Positions 1 through 10,000 of a DNA stretch of 64,000 nucleotides are shown here, one piece after another. This stretch comes from Tepidisphaeraceae bacterium. Its GTDB lineage: Bacteria; Planctomycetota; Phycisphaerae; Tepidisphaerales; Tepidisphaeraceae. Position 1 is the first letter of the stretch, and each line of letters opens with the position of its first letter. Location of the stretch: assembly GCA_035998445.1 (NCBI GenBank), contig DASYHQ010000050.1:89647-153646 (forward strand), given 5' to 3'. Position numbers and translations under genes: made by a program. Below the pieces are notes generated by a model. The model ran no database searches. It had not been told where the DNA came from and worked only from the letters and a program-made list of their open reading frames with translations.

Positions 1-1
1 C

Positions 2-2515
2 GAGCTGCTGCGCGAGGCGGGCGACAACGGTCGGCCAAGCATCGTGGCGCGCGGTTGCCATCGGCGGTATCGGCACGTGCTGGTGGACGAGTATCAGGAC
101 ATCAACGAACTTCAGGAAGCGATCCTGCGGCTCGTCAGCCGCGAGTGCTACGGGGCCGCTAAGGGCAACCTGTTTTGCGTGGGCGACGTGAAGCAAAGCA
201 TCTACCGCTTCCGCGCCGCGGAGCCCGATTTGTTCCTGAAGCGTTACAACCGCTTCAAGGACGAGCAGAGCAGTGGTGGCGAGGTGATCGACCTCAACGC
301 CAACTTCCGCAGTCGTGCCCCACTGCTCGACGCGATTAACGCGGTGTTCGACCGGCTGATGACGCTCGACGCGTCGGGCATTGATTACATCGATGGCCAT
401 CAGTTGCGCGCCGGCGCCACGTTTCCCGAAGAAGTCGGATTTCACGGCGCGCCGATCGAACTTCACCTGGTGCCTGCGAAGTCGCAAGCGGCCGAGGGCG
501 AGGAAACCGACACCGCCGAGCCGGAACGGGCCGAGCGAGAAGCGATGTTCATCGCGGCCCGCATCAAGAAACTGATGGGCGACGACGGCGCAACCCGCGC
601 GCGCGTCGCAGATAAGGACCGCTTGCGCGACGTGCGCTTCGGCGACATTGCGATCCTGCTGCGCACGCGCAAGTTCAAGATCGAGCAGTACGCCGACGTG
701 CTGCGCAAGAGCGGCATCCCCGTGCTGGCCGAGGGGGGTTCCGGGTTCTTCAGCGCGATGGAGACGCTCGACATGCTGTCGCTGCTGCGGCTATTGGACA
801 ACCTGCAGCAGGACCTGCCGTTGGCCGCGGTGCTGCGCAGCCCATTGGCGGGGCTGGCGAATGCGGAAGACAGCTTGGCGCGCATCCGGCTGGCGTACCC
901 AATCGAGACGGTCGCGTTCCACGACGCCGTGCAGCGCTACGCCGTCGAGCACGACGACGAGCTGGCCGCCCATCTGCGGCACGTTTTGAATCAACTGAAC
1001 GCGTGGCGAGAGCTGGCGCAGCGCCGGCCGCTGGCGGAGGTGCTGGCGACGGTCTACGAGCAGTCGGGCTACCTCGCGTTCGTGTGCGGGTTGGACGACG
1101 GCCCACAGCGCAAGGCGAATTTGCTGGAACTGCACCGCCGGGCGACGCAGTTCGGCCAGTTGGGCGCCGCGGGCGGTGGGCTGTCGCGCTTCCTCGCATT
1201 CCTGGAGGAACTGTCCGACGAGTTCGACGCCGGCCAAGCCAACGTCGCGTCGGCAGCGGTGGACGCGGTGCGCATCGTCACGGTGCACAAGAGCAAGGGG
1301 CTGGAGTTCCCGATCGTCTTCGTCGCCGATCTCGGCAAGGCGTTCAACCTGTCGGACGCGCGCGGCCCGATCTTGTACGACAAGGACGAAGGCCTCGGCC
1401 TGCAGGTGGTGGATGAACCGCGGCTGGTGCGTTACCCGTCGCTGGCGACGACGGTCATTCGTCCACGGCTGACGAAGAAGATGCTCGCCGAGGAACTGCG
1501 CGTGCTCTACGTCGCGCTCACGCGCGCCAAGGAACATCTGATCCTCGTCGGCACGCCCAAGGCCGACCAGTACGAACGCTGGCGATCGCGGTGGGCGGGC
1601 CATGATGGGCCACTGGCGACGGAGGACATTCTGGGGGCCGCCACGCCGTTGGCGTGGCTGGTGCCGGTTGCAGTGGCCACGCATGGCGCAGTGATAGAGG
1701 TAACCGACCATACCGATCCCGAGGCTGCGCCCGAGCCGGCGCCGGCCGACGATGCGTTCATGCGCGTTGCGCCGTTCGCGGCATTAAAGCCGCTCGACCC
1801 ACCGCCACCGGCCGACGTCGTCGCGACCGACGTCATCGCGCGGCTGTCGTATTCTTACCCGCACGCCCGCTACACCATCGCGGCGGCGGCACAGTCGGTG
1901 ACGGCGCGGGCGCACGCGCCGGTAGCGGATGCGCCATCGGCCAATCACGGCGCCACCGCCACCCTCGCGCTGCCACAACCGCGGTTCGCCAGCGAGGCCA
2001 CCGGTCCGAACGCCGCCGACATCGGCACCGCCACGCACGTGGTGCTGGAGAACTACGACTTCACACGCGATGGCCCGCCGGTGCGGGCGCAGGTGGAGTC
2101 GCTCGTGTCGCGGAAGATGATGTCGCCGCAGATGGCGAAGTGCGTGGATGTCGAATCGATCGAGTGGCTGCTGGCGGGCGAGGTCGGCCAGTTGCTGGGC
2201 GATCCCACCGTCTCGCTTCACCGCGAGCTGCCGATCTACTTCGCGGCGAACGTGGATGTGAGCGACGCCGCCCCGACCGACCCGCGCGACCGCGTGATGG
2301 TGCGCGGCCGGGTCGATCTGCTCGTGCGCACGCCGGACGGTGACGTCATCGTCGACTACAAGACCGACCGCGTCACCGGCCAGCGATTGGCCGATCGCAT
2401 CGAGGCCTACCGCCTGCAGATGGCGGCATACGCCGAGGCCCTACAGCGCGTCACCGGGCGCAAGCCGGCGGTCTGGCTCGTGTTCCTGTCGCAGCGAAAG
2501 GTCGTGAAGCTATGA
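2..2515 (+). CDS. AddA/RecB-type ATP-dependent helicase-nuclease, C-terminal part. The 5' end lies outside the window; the frame is open from base 2.
   Basis: UvrD-helicase C-terminal motifs (VLVDEYQD, TVHKSKGLEFPIVFV) followed by a PD-(D/E)XK nuclease-like C-terminus (RVDLLVRTPDGDVIVDYKTD). There is no stop upstream in this frame. Confidence 0.8.
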   Translation, partial: ELLREAGDNGRPSIVARGCHRRYRHVLVDEYQDINELQEAILRLVSRECYGAAKGNLFCVGDVKQSIYRFRAAEPDLFLKRYNRFKDEQSSGGEVIDLNANFRSRAPLLDAINAVFDRLMTLDASGIDYIDGHQLRAGATFPEEVGFHGAPIELHLVPAKSQAAEGEETDTAEPERAEREAMFIAARIKKLMGDDGATRARVADKDRLRDVRFGDIAILLRTRKFKIEQYADVLRKSGIPVLAEGGSGFFSAMETLDMLSLLRLLDNLQQDLPLAAVLRSPLAGLANAEDSLARIRLAYPIETVAFHDAVQRYAVEHDDELAAHLRHVLNQLNAWRELAQRRPLAEVLATVYEQSGYLAFVCGLDDGPQRKANLLELHRRATQFGQLGAAGGGLSRFLAFLEELSDEFDAGQANVASAAVDAVRIVTVHKSKGLEFPIVFVADLGKAFNLSDARGPILYDKDEGLGLQVVDEPRLVRYPSLATTVIRPRLTKKMLAEELRVLYVALTRAKEHLILVGTPKADQYERWRSRWAGHDGPLATEDILGAATPLAWLVPVAVATHGAVIEVTDHTDPEAAPEPAPADDAFMRVAPFAALKPLDPPPPADVVATDVIARLSYSYPHARYTIAAAAQSVTARAHAPVADAPSANHGATATLALPQPRFASEATGPNAADIGTATHVVLENYDFTRDGPPVRAQVESLVSRKMMSPQMAKCVDVESIEWLLAGEVGQLLGDPTVSLHRELPIYFAANVDVSDAAPTDPRDRVMVRGRVDLLVRTPDGDVIVDYKTDRVTGQRLADRIEAYRLQMAAYAEALQRVTGRKPAVWLVFLSQRKVVKL

Positions 2516-3339
2516 ACGAGCGCCCGCACGACGACATTCGACTGATCGCGATCGATCTTGATGGCACGCTGCTGAGCGATTCGAAGACCGTCGCGCAGCA
2601 GACGATCGCGTCGGTCGCCAGTGCAGTTGAGCAAGGGGTAAAGGTGGTGATCGCCTCGGCACGCCCGCCCCGAAGTGTGCGGGCGATTTATCAGCAGTTG
2701 AAGCTGGATACGTGGCAGATCAACTACAACGGCGCGATGATCTGGGACGAACCGGCCAGGTCGGTGGTCGGCCATACACCGCTCGACTGCGACCTCGTGT
2801 TGCGCATCATCTCGGCCGCCCGTGCGATGCACCCGGAGGTACTGATGACCTGCGAGATCACCGATCGCTGGCACACCGATCGCGACGATCAAACGTATAC
2901 CACGGAGACCGGGCGGCTGTTTCCACCCGACGTGGTGGCGCCGCTGGAGTCGTTCTGCAATCAGCCGATTTCCAAGCTGTTGCTGCTGGCGCATCCACGG
3001 CAGATCGCCGCGTTGTTTGGAATGCTGACCGAGCGGTTCGGCGATCAGATCGCGATGGTCAGCACGGACGCGGACCTGATCCAGATCGTCCACCCCACCG
3101 CCAGCAAGGGGGCCGCCCTGCGGACGGTCGCTGACCATTACGACATCGCGATGGCGAACGTGCTGGCGATCGGCGACGCCGCCAACGACGTGCCGATGCT
3201 GCAGGCCGCCGGCGTCGCCGTGGCGATGGACAACGCGTCACCCGCGGTGAAGGCGGTCGCGGATTGGGTTGCGCCGTCCAACAACGACCACGGCGTGTGT
3301 GCCGCCCTGCGGCGGTACGGGGTGTGCAACCAAGCATAG
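2512..3339 (+). CDS. Cof-type HAD-IIB family hydrolase
   Basis: N-terminal IAIDLDGTLL (HAD motif I) and C-terminal GDAANDVPML (motif IV). The ATGA start overlaps the upstream stop by 4 nt. Confidence 0.8.
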   Translation: MNERPHDDIRLIAIDLDGTLLSDSKTVAQQTIASVASAVEQGVKVVIASARPPRSVRAIYQQLKLDTWQINYNGAMIWDEPARSVVGHTPLDCDLVLRIISAARAMHPEVLMTCEITDRWHTDRDDQTYTTETGRLFPPDVVAPLESFCNQPISKLLLLAHPRQIAALFGMLTERFGDQIAMVSTDADLIQIVHPTASKGAALRTVADHYDIAMANVLAIGDAANDVPMLQAAGVAVAMDNASPAVKAVADWVAPSNNDHGVCAALRRYGVCNQA

Positions 3340-3945
3340 CCGCCTTCTTCTGTAGGACAGGCATTCCTGCCTGTCTCTCCCCCCGTCTGCCTCTCCCCCC
3401 GTGTTCGCTTCGCCTCTCTTCTGTGGCATAGGCATTCTTACCTGTGTCTCTTCGATCTTCCTTTGCTGGTGGGACGGACATTCTTGTCTGTCTCTCCTCT
3501 GTCTTATGCCTTTGGTCCGGCGGACATCTTTGTCTGCCGCGTGGCGCTAGCCGCGATTAGGCAGAGGAAGAGACGCGAAGTCGCGAAGGCGCGAAGTAGG
3601 ACGCGAAGAAATGCGGAGCGCGTTGCGCTGGTTCCACCTCAATCGCGCAGCGCGTCCGTAGAGATGGATAGCGTGCTCTTTGACAACCGAATAGCTGACG
3701 CGCGAGCCGTCGTGGCCCCCCATCGTCCTCACCTGATGGTGCACAATGGTGCAAAATGGTGCACAAATTCGCGTTTTGCCTTACCCAGACCGCCGTCCAG
3801 ACACGAGGGCGCGTTCCCTTTTCGATCCTCCTTCGCGTCTTGCTTCGCGCCTTCGCGCCTTCGCGTCTCTTTTGCATCTGTGACGGCGCAACGCATGAGA
3901 AGAGACACAGGCAGGAATGCCTGTCCTACAGAAGAGGCCGCCGGG
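3340..3945. repeat. Composite ~600-bp palindromic structure. Arrays of family-A hairpin repeats (unit approx tctgtaggacaggcattcctgcctgtctc) flank a ~300-bp core bounded by ~42-bp imperfect inverted arms made of GCGAAG units (3569-3612 versus 3831-3873).
   Basis: The reverse complement of 3898-3940 matches 3341-3380. The reverse complement of 3831-3873 matches 3569-3612. The core contains atggtgca(c/a)aa x3. Confidence 0.75.
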
Positions 3946-4046
3946 TTCTGCTTGGGTCGCATGCATTCCGGCACGCCCTCGCCCCGGCCCTCTCCCGGAG
4001 GGAGAGGGGCCGAGGTTGCGCGTTCTTCGCTCACCTGCAGCAGGTT

Positions 4047-5327
4047 CTAGGCGTCGTCTGTTTCGGGCAGGTCGGCGGTGTCCTCATCGGCGGTTGTGTC
4101 GTCCTGAGCTTCGTCGGACTTGGCCTTCATCACTTCGCCGAGCACCACGGTCGCGAAGCTGCCTGCGGGCAGGGTGAAGGCGACGGTGATGTAGGCGCCG
4201 TCGTCGTCGACGCCGGCGGATAACTCTGTATCGGTTGGGCGGACGCGCAACGGCCGGCGGGCGCCCTTGATGCGGTGCTGGCCGGGCTGGCGGAAGGCGT
4301 CGGGCGCGAGGCCGAGGGTGGTGAAAACCGACTGCTCGACTTCCAGCGGATGGCCCTCGGGCAGCGTCATGCGATAGCCGATCAAAGGGCCCGTCGGGCT
4401 GATTTCAAAGGCTGCGGCGCGGGTGGTTTCGGCGGGTAAATCTTCGACGCGGAAGACGGAGCCGGTCTCGTGTTTCCAAGCGAGGTCGCCCAGTTCCACC
4501 TTGTCGAACGAGTTGATGCGGGCGGCGAGCACGTCGTTGAAGAGCTTCGACTGCAACGCCGACACCCACAACCGGCGGATCTTCTCGTCGATCGACCGCA
4601 CCGCGGCGCTGGGCTTGTGCGTCTTCATCAACCGGGCCAGCACGCGGCGTTCCATGCCGGCATTACGCGGCCAGAACTTCATGGCCGTCTCGTTGTCGCG
4701 CTTCTCGAAGGCGGCGCGGGCGTGCAGAGTTTTGGGATCGTCCAGACCCTCGCGCGGGTCGCCGAGCAGCAGGCGGAGGATCTCGATGTTGTCGTTGCGA
4801 ATAAGCGCGGCGCCGATCTTGTCGTTGTTCCCGCGCCGGCCGAAGCGTTGTTCACCGAAGAAGTTGGGCACGCCGCGCGTTTCCAGCACCTTCATGATGG
4901 CCTTGGCGCGTACCACGTGCGTCGGTTCAACATCGCGAATCTTGATGGCGAACCGGTTGCCCACCAGGTGGCCCAACCGCAACTTGTTGACGTGCCGCGA
5001 CGCCCACTGGACGGTGATGCCGGGCAGCTTCAGGTCCATGACGGCCTCGGGCGTGGTGCCCCAGATGGACAGCGTCTGCCGGGTGACGGCGTGGGCGTCC
5101 TTCATGCCGGCATAGCCGATGTCGCGCGACGACACGCCCAGCGCGTCCGCGATCGAATGAATGGCCGCGAAGGTGGTTATGCCGACCTTCTGAATCTCGC
5201 AGTAAACGTGTTCCCCTTCGCCACTGGCCTCGTAAAGGGGGATTTCCTGGACGAAGAAGTCCTCGTCGCGCGTCTTGATCGTGCCACCGACGCCCGGCAG
5301 GTCGGGGGTGCTGTACGGAAGTTTCAT
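4047..5327 (-). CDS. truD: tRNA pseudouridine synthase D (TruD family)
   Basis: The GMKDAHA motif (TruD catalytic GxKD) and overall TruD-like length. The start is set at MKLPY because the longer ORF extension runs into the repeat region. Confidence 0.75.
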   Translation of the reverse strand: MKLPYSTPDLPGVGGTIKTRDEDFFVQEIPLYEASGEGEHVYCEIQKVGITTFAAIHSIADALGVSSRDIGYAGMKDAHAVTRQTLSIWGTTPEAVMDLKLPGITVQWASRHVNKLRLGHLVGNRFAIKIRDVEPTHVVRAKAIMKVLETRGVPNFFGEQRFGRRGNNDKIGAALIRNDNIEILRLLLGDPREGLDDPKTLHARAAFEKRDNETAMKFWPRNAGMERRVLARLMKTHKPSAAVRSIDEKIRRLWVSALQSKLFNDVLAARINSFDKVELGDLAWKHETGSVFRVEDLPAETTRAAAFEISPTGPLIGYRMTLPEGHPLEVEQSVFTTLGLAPDAFRQPGQHRIKGARRPLRVRPTDTELSAGVDDDGAYITVAFTLPAGSFATVVLGEVMKAKSDEAQDDTTADEDTADLPETDDA

Positions 5328-5340
5328 AGAGACGCATAGT

Positions 5341-5640
5341 AAGGGGGGAGGGGAAAATCCCAAGTCCCAATGACCAACAAATGACCAAACACCAAATCCC
5401 AATCAAGCGGACATGCTCCGCTCCCCTCTCCCGCATGCTTCGGGAGAGGGTCAGGGTGAGGGTGATTTCGAACTGCTGGCGATCCTCGTAAGAACAAAGG
5501 CACCCTCACCTAACCTCTCCTGGAAGTACCGGGAGAGGGACCGGAACGCGCCTCTTCCGACTGATCTTTGGGATTTGGTCATTTGTTGGTCATTGGGACT
5601 TGGTCATTGCGTCCCCTCCCCCTCCCCTCCATTTGACACC
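5341..5640. repeat. Composite palindromic repeat of family B (ctctccc..gggagag / ggtgagggtgatttcg) plus family D (aatgaccaa/ttggtcatt arms)
   Basis: Large inverted repeat: 5360-5405 versus 5565-5610. B-type motifs at 5413-5545. Copies recur at 18450-18575, 20855-21120, 50835-50895, 55250-55385 and 57835-57960. Confidence 0.8.
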
Positions 5641-5696
5641 CCCCGCCCATGGCGATTACGTTTTCGCACTCAAGTAGAGGTCAGTGAGTAACCAAA

Positions 5697-6842
5697 ATGA
5701 CAGCAGCCGCCAAACCGATCGTGTCCGCCCGTCCTAAGGCTTACCTGAAGGTCCGCCAGCGGCTGGTCCGCGAGGCGATGAAGGCCCTGAAGCTTGATGG
5801 CATCCTGCTCACCCACCCGCCTGACCTCGCTTACCTGACCAACTTCAGTGGCGACGATTCGATCGGCCTGATCACCGAGAAGGACGTCTACCTCGTCACC
5901 GACTTCCGCTACAAGGAACAGGCTGAGATGGAGGCCGCGTGGGTGAAGACCCGCGTACGCACCGGGCCCATGTCCGGCGCGCTTGCCGCAGCGCTGCTGG
6001 AGACGAAGGTTAAGCGCGTCGGCTTTGAAGCCAACTACGCCACGGTCGGTCAGATGAACGCGCTGGCCAACGCCCTGAAGGACACGAAGGACGCCCGCCC
6101 GATCGAACTGCAGCCGATCGAGGACGTGCTGGTCAACATCCGCAAGATCAAGGACGACCACGAGGTCGACATTATCCGCAAGGCGGTCGGTGTGGCCGAG
6201 GAGGCCTTCGAGTCGTTCCGTAGCGAGATCAAGGTCGGGCAAAGCGAGAACCACCTGGCCGGGCTGTTGGTGTTCGAACTGCGCAGCCGTGGCGCCAGCG
6301 ACAGCAGCTTTCCAGTGATCGTGGCCGCCGGCAGCAACAGCTCCCTGCCGCACTATCGACCTGGCGAGACGCTCGTGCAGCGAGATCAGCCGCTGCTGAT
6401 CGACTGGGGCGCGCTCTATAAAGGTTATTGTTCTGACCTCACCCGCACGTTCATGATTGGCCGGGTCGCGCCGCGCATGAAGGAGATCTATAAGGTCGTC
6501 TTAGACGCGCAGCTGGCGGCCATCGAGTTCCTTCGTCCCGGCGTCACCACTACGCAGGCCGACCGCGTCGCCCGTGAGGTGATCGAGAAGGCCGGCTACG
6601 GCGAGCAGTTCGGACACGGCCTGGGCCACGGCATTGGCCGGGAGATTCACGAAAACCCGTCGCTTCGCCGCAATGGTGGCGAGGAAGAGCTGCGACCCGG
6701 CATGATCGTCACCGTCGAACCGGGTATTTACCTGCCGGGCGAGGGTGGCGTGCGCATCGAGGACGACGTCCTCATCACCCACAGCGGGTGCGAAGTGCTC
6801 TCGACGCTCGACAAGAGCTACGAGAACTACCACATTGAATAG
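5697..6842 (+). CDS. M24 family Xaa-Pro aminopeptidase
   Basis: HGLGHGIGREIHENP and the pita-bread-fold C-terminal domain motifs typical of PepP/M24B. Confidence 0.85.
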   Translation: MTAAAKPIVSARPKAYLKVRQRLVREAMKALKLDGILLTHPPDLAYLTNFSGDDSIGLITEKDVYLVTDFRYKEQAEMEAAWVKTRVRTGPMSGALAAALLETKVKRVGFEANYATVGQMNALANALKDTKDARPIELQPIEDVLVNIRKIKDDHEVDIIRKAVGVAEEAFESFRSEIKVGQSENHLAGLLVFELRSRGASDSSFPVIVAAGSNSSLPHYRPGETLVQRDQPLLIDWGALYKGYCSDLTRTFMIGRVAPRMKEIYKVVLDAQLAAIEFLRPGVTTTQADRVAREVIEKAGYGEQFGHGLGHGIGREIHENPSLRRNGGEEELRPGMIVTVEPGIYLPGEGGVRIEDDVLITHSGCEVLSTLDKSYENYHIE

Positions 6843-6844
6843 GA

Positions 6845-6930
6845 ACAATGCCGATTGCCAAATTCCCAATGCCAAATTGAGAAGCAGGCCTAACGCAGTC
6901 ATTCGGCACTTGGCATTCGGCATTACTTAA
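6845..6930. repeat. Family-D palindrome (cccaatgccaaat ... cttggcattcggcatt) between pepP and accB
   Basis: Inverted arms visible in the sequence. Related to the aatgaccaa elements at 5350 and 20900. Confidence 0.6.
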
Positions 6931-6941
6931 GAGGTCCAACT

Positions 6942-7478
6942 TTGAACGAAAAGCGAACCGCTAAAAAGCCCCCTGCCGCGTCTTCTTCCGGATCGGCGGG
7001 CAACCCGATGGACGTCGGCCTGCTTGAGCAGCTCGTGAAGCTGATGAGCGCCAACGACCTGAACACGATCGCCGTCCGCGACGGCGACCGCCGTGTGGTG
7101 CTGAAGCGCGGCGCCGTTGCCGCGGCCCCCATCTACGCCCCCCAGTACGCCTCGGCCCCGGCACCGGTGCCAGCCCCCGCCGGCGGTCCCACTTCAGTGG
7201 GCCCGTCTTCCACCCCAGCGCCCGCGTCAGACGACGCCAACCTCGTCGCGATCAAGAGCCCGATGGTCGGCACGTTCTACACCTCCAGTTCGCCTGACGC
7301 CAAGGCGTTCGTATCGGTCGGCAGCACGGTGGACGAGGACACCGACGTCTGCATCATCGAAGCGATGAAGGTCTTCAACAACATCAAGGCCGAAACGCGC
7401 GGCACGATCGCCAAGATCGCCGTCACCAACGGACAAACGGTCGAGTTCGGCCAAACCCTGTTCCTGGTGAAGCCGTGA
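6942..7478 (+). CDS. accB: Acetyl-CoA carboxylase biotin carboxyl carrier protein
   Basis: Pro/Ala-rich linker and a C-terminal biotinyl domain with [14 protein letters not shown] (the biotinyl-lysine EAMK motif). Confidence 0.9.
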   Translation: MNEKRTAKKPPAASSSGSAGNPMDVGLLEQLVKLMSANDLNTIAVRDGDRRVVLKRGAVAAAPIYAPQYASAPAPVPAPAGGPTSVGPSSTPAPASDDANLVAIKSPMVGTFYTSSSPDAKAFVSVGSTVDEDTDVCIIEAMKVFNNIKAETRGTIAKIAVTNGQTVEFGQTLFLVKP

Positions 7479-8410
7479 GTGCCGCCCTCAAGCCACCGTC
7501 TGCGCCGGCCAGGCCTGGCCTGTCCTTCGTGTCGGTCGACGACGCGATCGCCGACGTACGGACGCTGTGCAAGGGGTACGCGCAAGCGGGAAACTGGACG
7601 CTGGAGCAGGTCTGCTGGCACCTGAACTTCGCGACGCGCATGCGCATGAAGCCGGGCCCGTTCGAACCGAACACGCCCGAGCAGGACGCGCGTGCGCCGA
7701 TCTTCGCCAAGGTGCTGGCCGAGGGTAAGTTGCCGCCGGGACTCGTCGCGCCCGACACGATGGTGCCACCCACCGACGCCGATTCGTCGGCCGTCACTCA
7801 ACTGGTGGACGCGCTGGAGAAGTTGAAGTCGTTTCCCGGCCCGTTCGCGCCGCACCGGTTGTTCGGTCACATGAGCGACGCCGACTCGCGCCGGCAGATC
7901 CTGATTCACGCGGCCCACCACCTCAGCTACCTCGCGCCAAACGCCCCTGCGCCGCGCGAGGGCCTGACGTACGGCTCGCCGGTCGACGTCATCGCCGATG
8001 TCGAACGGCTGCGTCGCGGTCACCGGCAGGCGGGCAACTGGACGCTGGCGCAGGCGGCGTGGCACCTCGCGGTGCCGGTGCGCATGTGCCTGCGGCCCGT
8101 GCCGCCCGGGACGACTTCAACCCCCGAGCAACAGGCACTGCGGACGAACCTGATCGTTCCCCTGCTGGCCTCAGGTGTGATGCCGGCGGGCGTGGAGGTA
8201 TCGCCGGACCTCGATCCGCTCGGCAAGGCACGCGACGCGATCACCGATCGCGACATCGACCACCTGATCGACGCGATGCGCCAACTGGACGCCTTCCGGG
8301 AGGACCGCGTGAACTTCGGGCCGTTCGGCCTGGTGACGACCGACGAGTTCCGCCGGTTCAACCTGCTTCACGCGGCCAACCACTTGCGCAACTTCGTCCC
8401 AACGCATTAA
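7475..8410 (+). CDS. Tandem DinB/YfiT-like (DUF1569-like) four-helix-bundle protein
   Basis: Two internal repeats, each with GNWTL(E/A)Q..WHL and a C-terminal H..HHL motif. The GTG start overlaps the accB stop (GTGA). Confidence 0.6.
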   Translation: MSAALKPPSAPARPGLSFVSVDDAIADVRTLCKGYAQAGNWTLEQVCWHLNFATRMRMKPGPFEPNTPEQDARAPIFAKVLAEGKLPPGLVAPDTMVPPTDADSSAVTQLVDALEKLKSFPGPFAPHRLFGHMSDADSRRQILIHAAHHLSYLAPNAPAPREGLTYGSPVDVIADVERLRRGHRQAGNWTLAQAAWHLAVPVRMCLRPVPPGTTSTPEQQALRTNLIVPLLASGVMPAGVEVSPDLDPLGKARDAITDRDIDHLIDAMRQLDAFREDRVNFGPFGLVTTDEFRRFNLLHAANHLRNFVPTH

Positions 8411-8428
8411 GAACAGAATCGCCAAACA

Positions 8429-9775
8429 ATGTTTTCAAAGATCCTGATTGCCAATCGCGGTGAGATCGCCCTTCGCATTATTCGCGCCTGCCGCGAGTTG
8501 GGCATCCAGGTCGTCTGCGTCCACTCGACCGCCGACCGGGACGCCGCCTACCTGAAGCTTGCTGACCAGTCGATCTGCATCGGTGAAGCCTCCCCGGCCG
8601 AGTCGTACCTGAACATCCCGCGCATCATCTCGGCCGCCGAAATTTCCGACGTGCAGGCGATCCACCCGGGTTACGGTTTCCTCGCCGAGAACGCCCACTT
8701 CGCCGAGGTTTGCCGCAGCTGCAAGATCGAGTTCATCGGCCCCCCCGCCAGCGCGATGAAGGCCGTTGGCGACAAGGTCGAGTGCAAGCGACTGGCGAAG
8801 CGCGCCAAGGTGCCCACGGTTCCGGGCAGCGATGGCGCCGTGGAGGACGAGAAGACCGCCCTGAAGATCGCCGGCCAAATCGGCTACCCCGTCATCATCA
8901 AGGCCGCTGCGGGCGGTGGCGGTCGCGGCATGCGCGTTGCACACAACGACGTCTCGCTGCGGGCCGGCCTGAAGCAGGCAATGGCCGAGGCGGAGAACGC
9001 GTTTAAGAACCCGACCGTTTACATTGAAAAGTACGTCGAGTTCGGCCGGCACGTGGAAGTGCAGATCCTGGCCGACAGCCACGGCAACGCCGTCCACCTG
9101 TGGGAGCGCGACTGCTCGATGCAGCGGCGCCACCAGAAGCTGGTCGAAGAGTCGCCGTCGCCATTCCTGAAGCAGTCGGTCCGCGAGAAGCTCTGCGAAG
9201 CCGCGGTGCGCCTCGTGAAGACCGCCGGCTACACGAACGCCGGCACGGTGGAATTCCTGGTCGATCAGGAGCAGAACTTCTACCTGCTGGAGGTGAACGC
9301 CCGCATTCAGGTCGAACACCCCGTGACCGAACAGGTGACCGGCATCGACCTCATCAAGGAGCAGATCCGCATCGCCTCGGGCCTGCCGCTGAGCTTCAAG
9401 CAGAAGGACATCACGCAGGTCGGCCACGCGATCGAGGTGCGCATCAACGCCGAGGACCCCGCCCGCAACTTCGCCCCCAGCCCCGGCACGATCACCGAGC
9501 TGCGCCTGCCGGGCGGCCCTGGCGTGCGCATGGACACCCACGCCTACGCCGGCTACCGCATCCCGCCGAACTACGACAGCATGATCGGCAAGCTGATCGT
9601 GCATCGGAAGACGCGCGCCGAGGCGATCAGCGCGATGAAGCGGGCGTTGAACGAGTTCCACATCGCGCCGATCAAGACGACGATCCCGCTGCACCTGCAG
9701 ATCATGGACAACGAGTACTTCAAGAACGGCGACGTCGACACCGGCTTCGTCGAACGCGTGTTGTTCGCGAAGTAG
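8429..9775 (+). CDS. accC: Acetyl-CoA carboxylase biotin carboxylase subunit
   Basis: [22 protein letters not shown]-terminus and the ATP-grasp motifs of biotin carboxylase. Confidence 0.95.
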   Translation: MFSKILIANRGEIALRIIRACRELGIQVVCVHSTADRDAAYLKLADQSICIGEASPAESYLNIPRIISAAEISDVQAIHPGYGFLAENAHFAEVCRSCKIEFIGPPASAMKAVGDKVECKRLAKRAKVPTVPGSDGAVEDEKTALKIAGQIGYPVIIKAAAGGGGRGMRVAHNDVSLRAGLKQAMAEAENAFKNPTVYIEKYVEFGRHVEVQILADSHGNAVHLWERDCSMQRRHQKLVEESPSPFLKQSVREKLCEAAVRLVKTAGYTNAGTVEFLVDQEQNFYLLEVNARIQVEHPVTEQVTGIDLIKEQIRIASGLPLSFKQKDITQVGHAIEVRINAEDPARNFAPSPGTITELRLPGGPGVRMDTHAYAGYRIPPNYDSMIGKLIVHRKTRAEAISAMKRALNEFHIAPIKTTIPLHLQIMDNEYFKNGDVDTGFVERVLFAK

Positions 9776-9872
9776 CGTTCCGTCGTGCAGTCGGCAGGGC
9801 GTGTGCCTTCGCGTGTAAAACTGAACCCGTTACTGCGGTGGTCGAGCCACCCTGCAGGATCAAACTTCAGAT

Positions 9873-9968
9873 CGTCATCCTGAGGCTCGCCGAAGGATCT
9901 CTTTCCGTCACCCCAGGCGTAAACAGCAGAGATTCTTCGGCGTATCTGGGGATGACGTTTTTCGTTTC
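9873..9968. repeat. Family-C MITE-like element (termini cgtcatcctgagg / cctcagggatgacg-like) followed by a T-run. It probably acts as the accC intrinsic terminator.
   Basis: Nested inverted repeats (gaaggatctc...gagattcttc) and gatgacgtttttcgtttc immediately after the hairpin. Confidence 0.65.
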
Positions 9969-10000
9969 TGACCGACCTTCAACGCACTCAGGTTCACCCC

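Noticed and set aside
463-2343. Numerous ORFs of 60-300 aa overlapping addA on both strands (for example 791..1711 minus, 1654..2343 plus)
   Set aside because: These are typical high-GC shadow ORFs. Their compositions are dominated by Arg/Ala/Gly/Pro. The addA frame has clear helicase/nuclease motifs.
3340-3545. Possible CRISPR array (regularly spaced hairpin repeats, also at 33405-33545)
   Set aside because: The repeat units are degenerate rather than identical. The spacers are only ~5-15 nt. No cas genes are nearby, and the same units occur as inverted copies. This is a REP/hairpin repeat array, not a CRISPR.
3463-4223. ORFs 3463..4050 and 3756..4223 (195 and 155 aa) in the truD upstream/repeat region
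   Set aside because: They lie entirely within the composite palindromic repeat. Repeat-derived peptides (QECLSYRR) recur at other copies. There is no RBS or conserved protein features.
8435-9694. 419-aa minus-strand ORF opposite accC, and the 410-aa plus ORF 9100..10332
   Set aside because: Antisense or out-of-frame relative to the unambiguous accC gene. Low-complexity Arg/Gly/Asp-rich translation.
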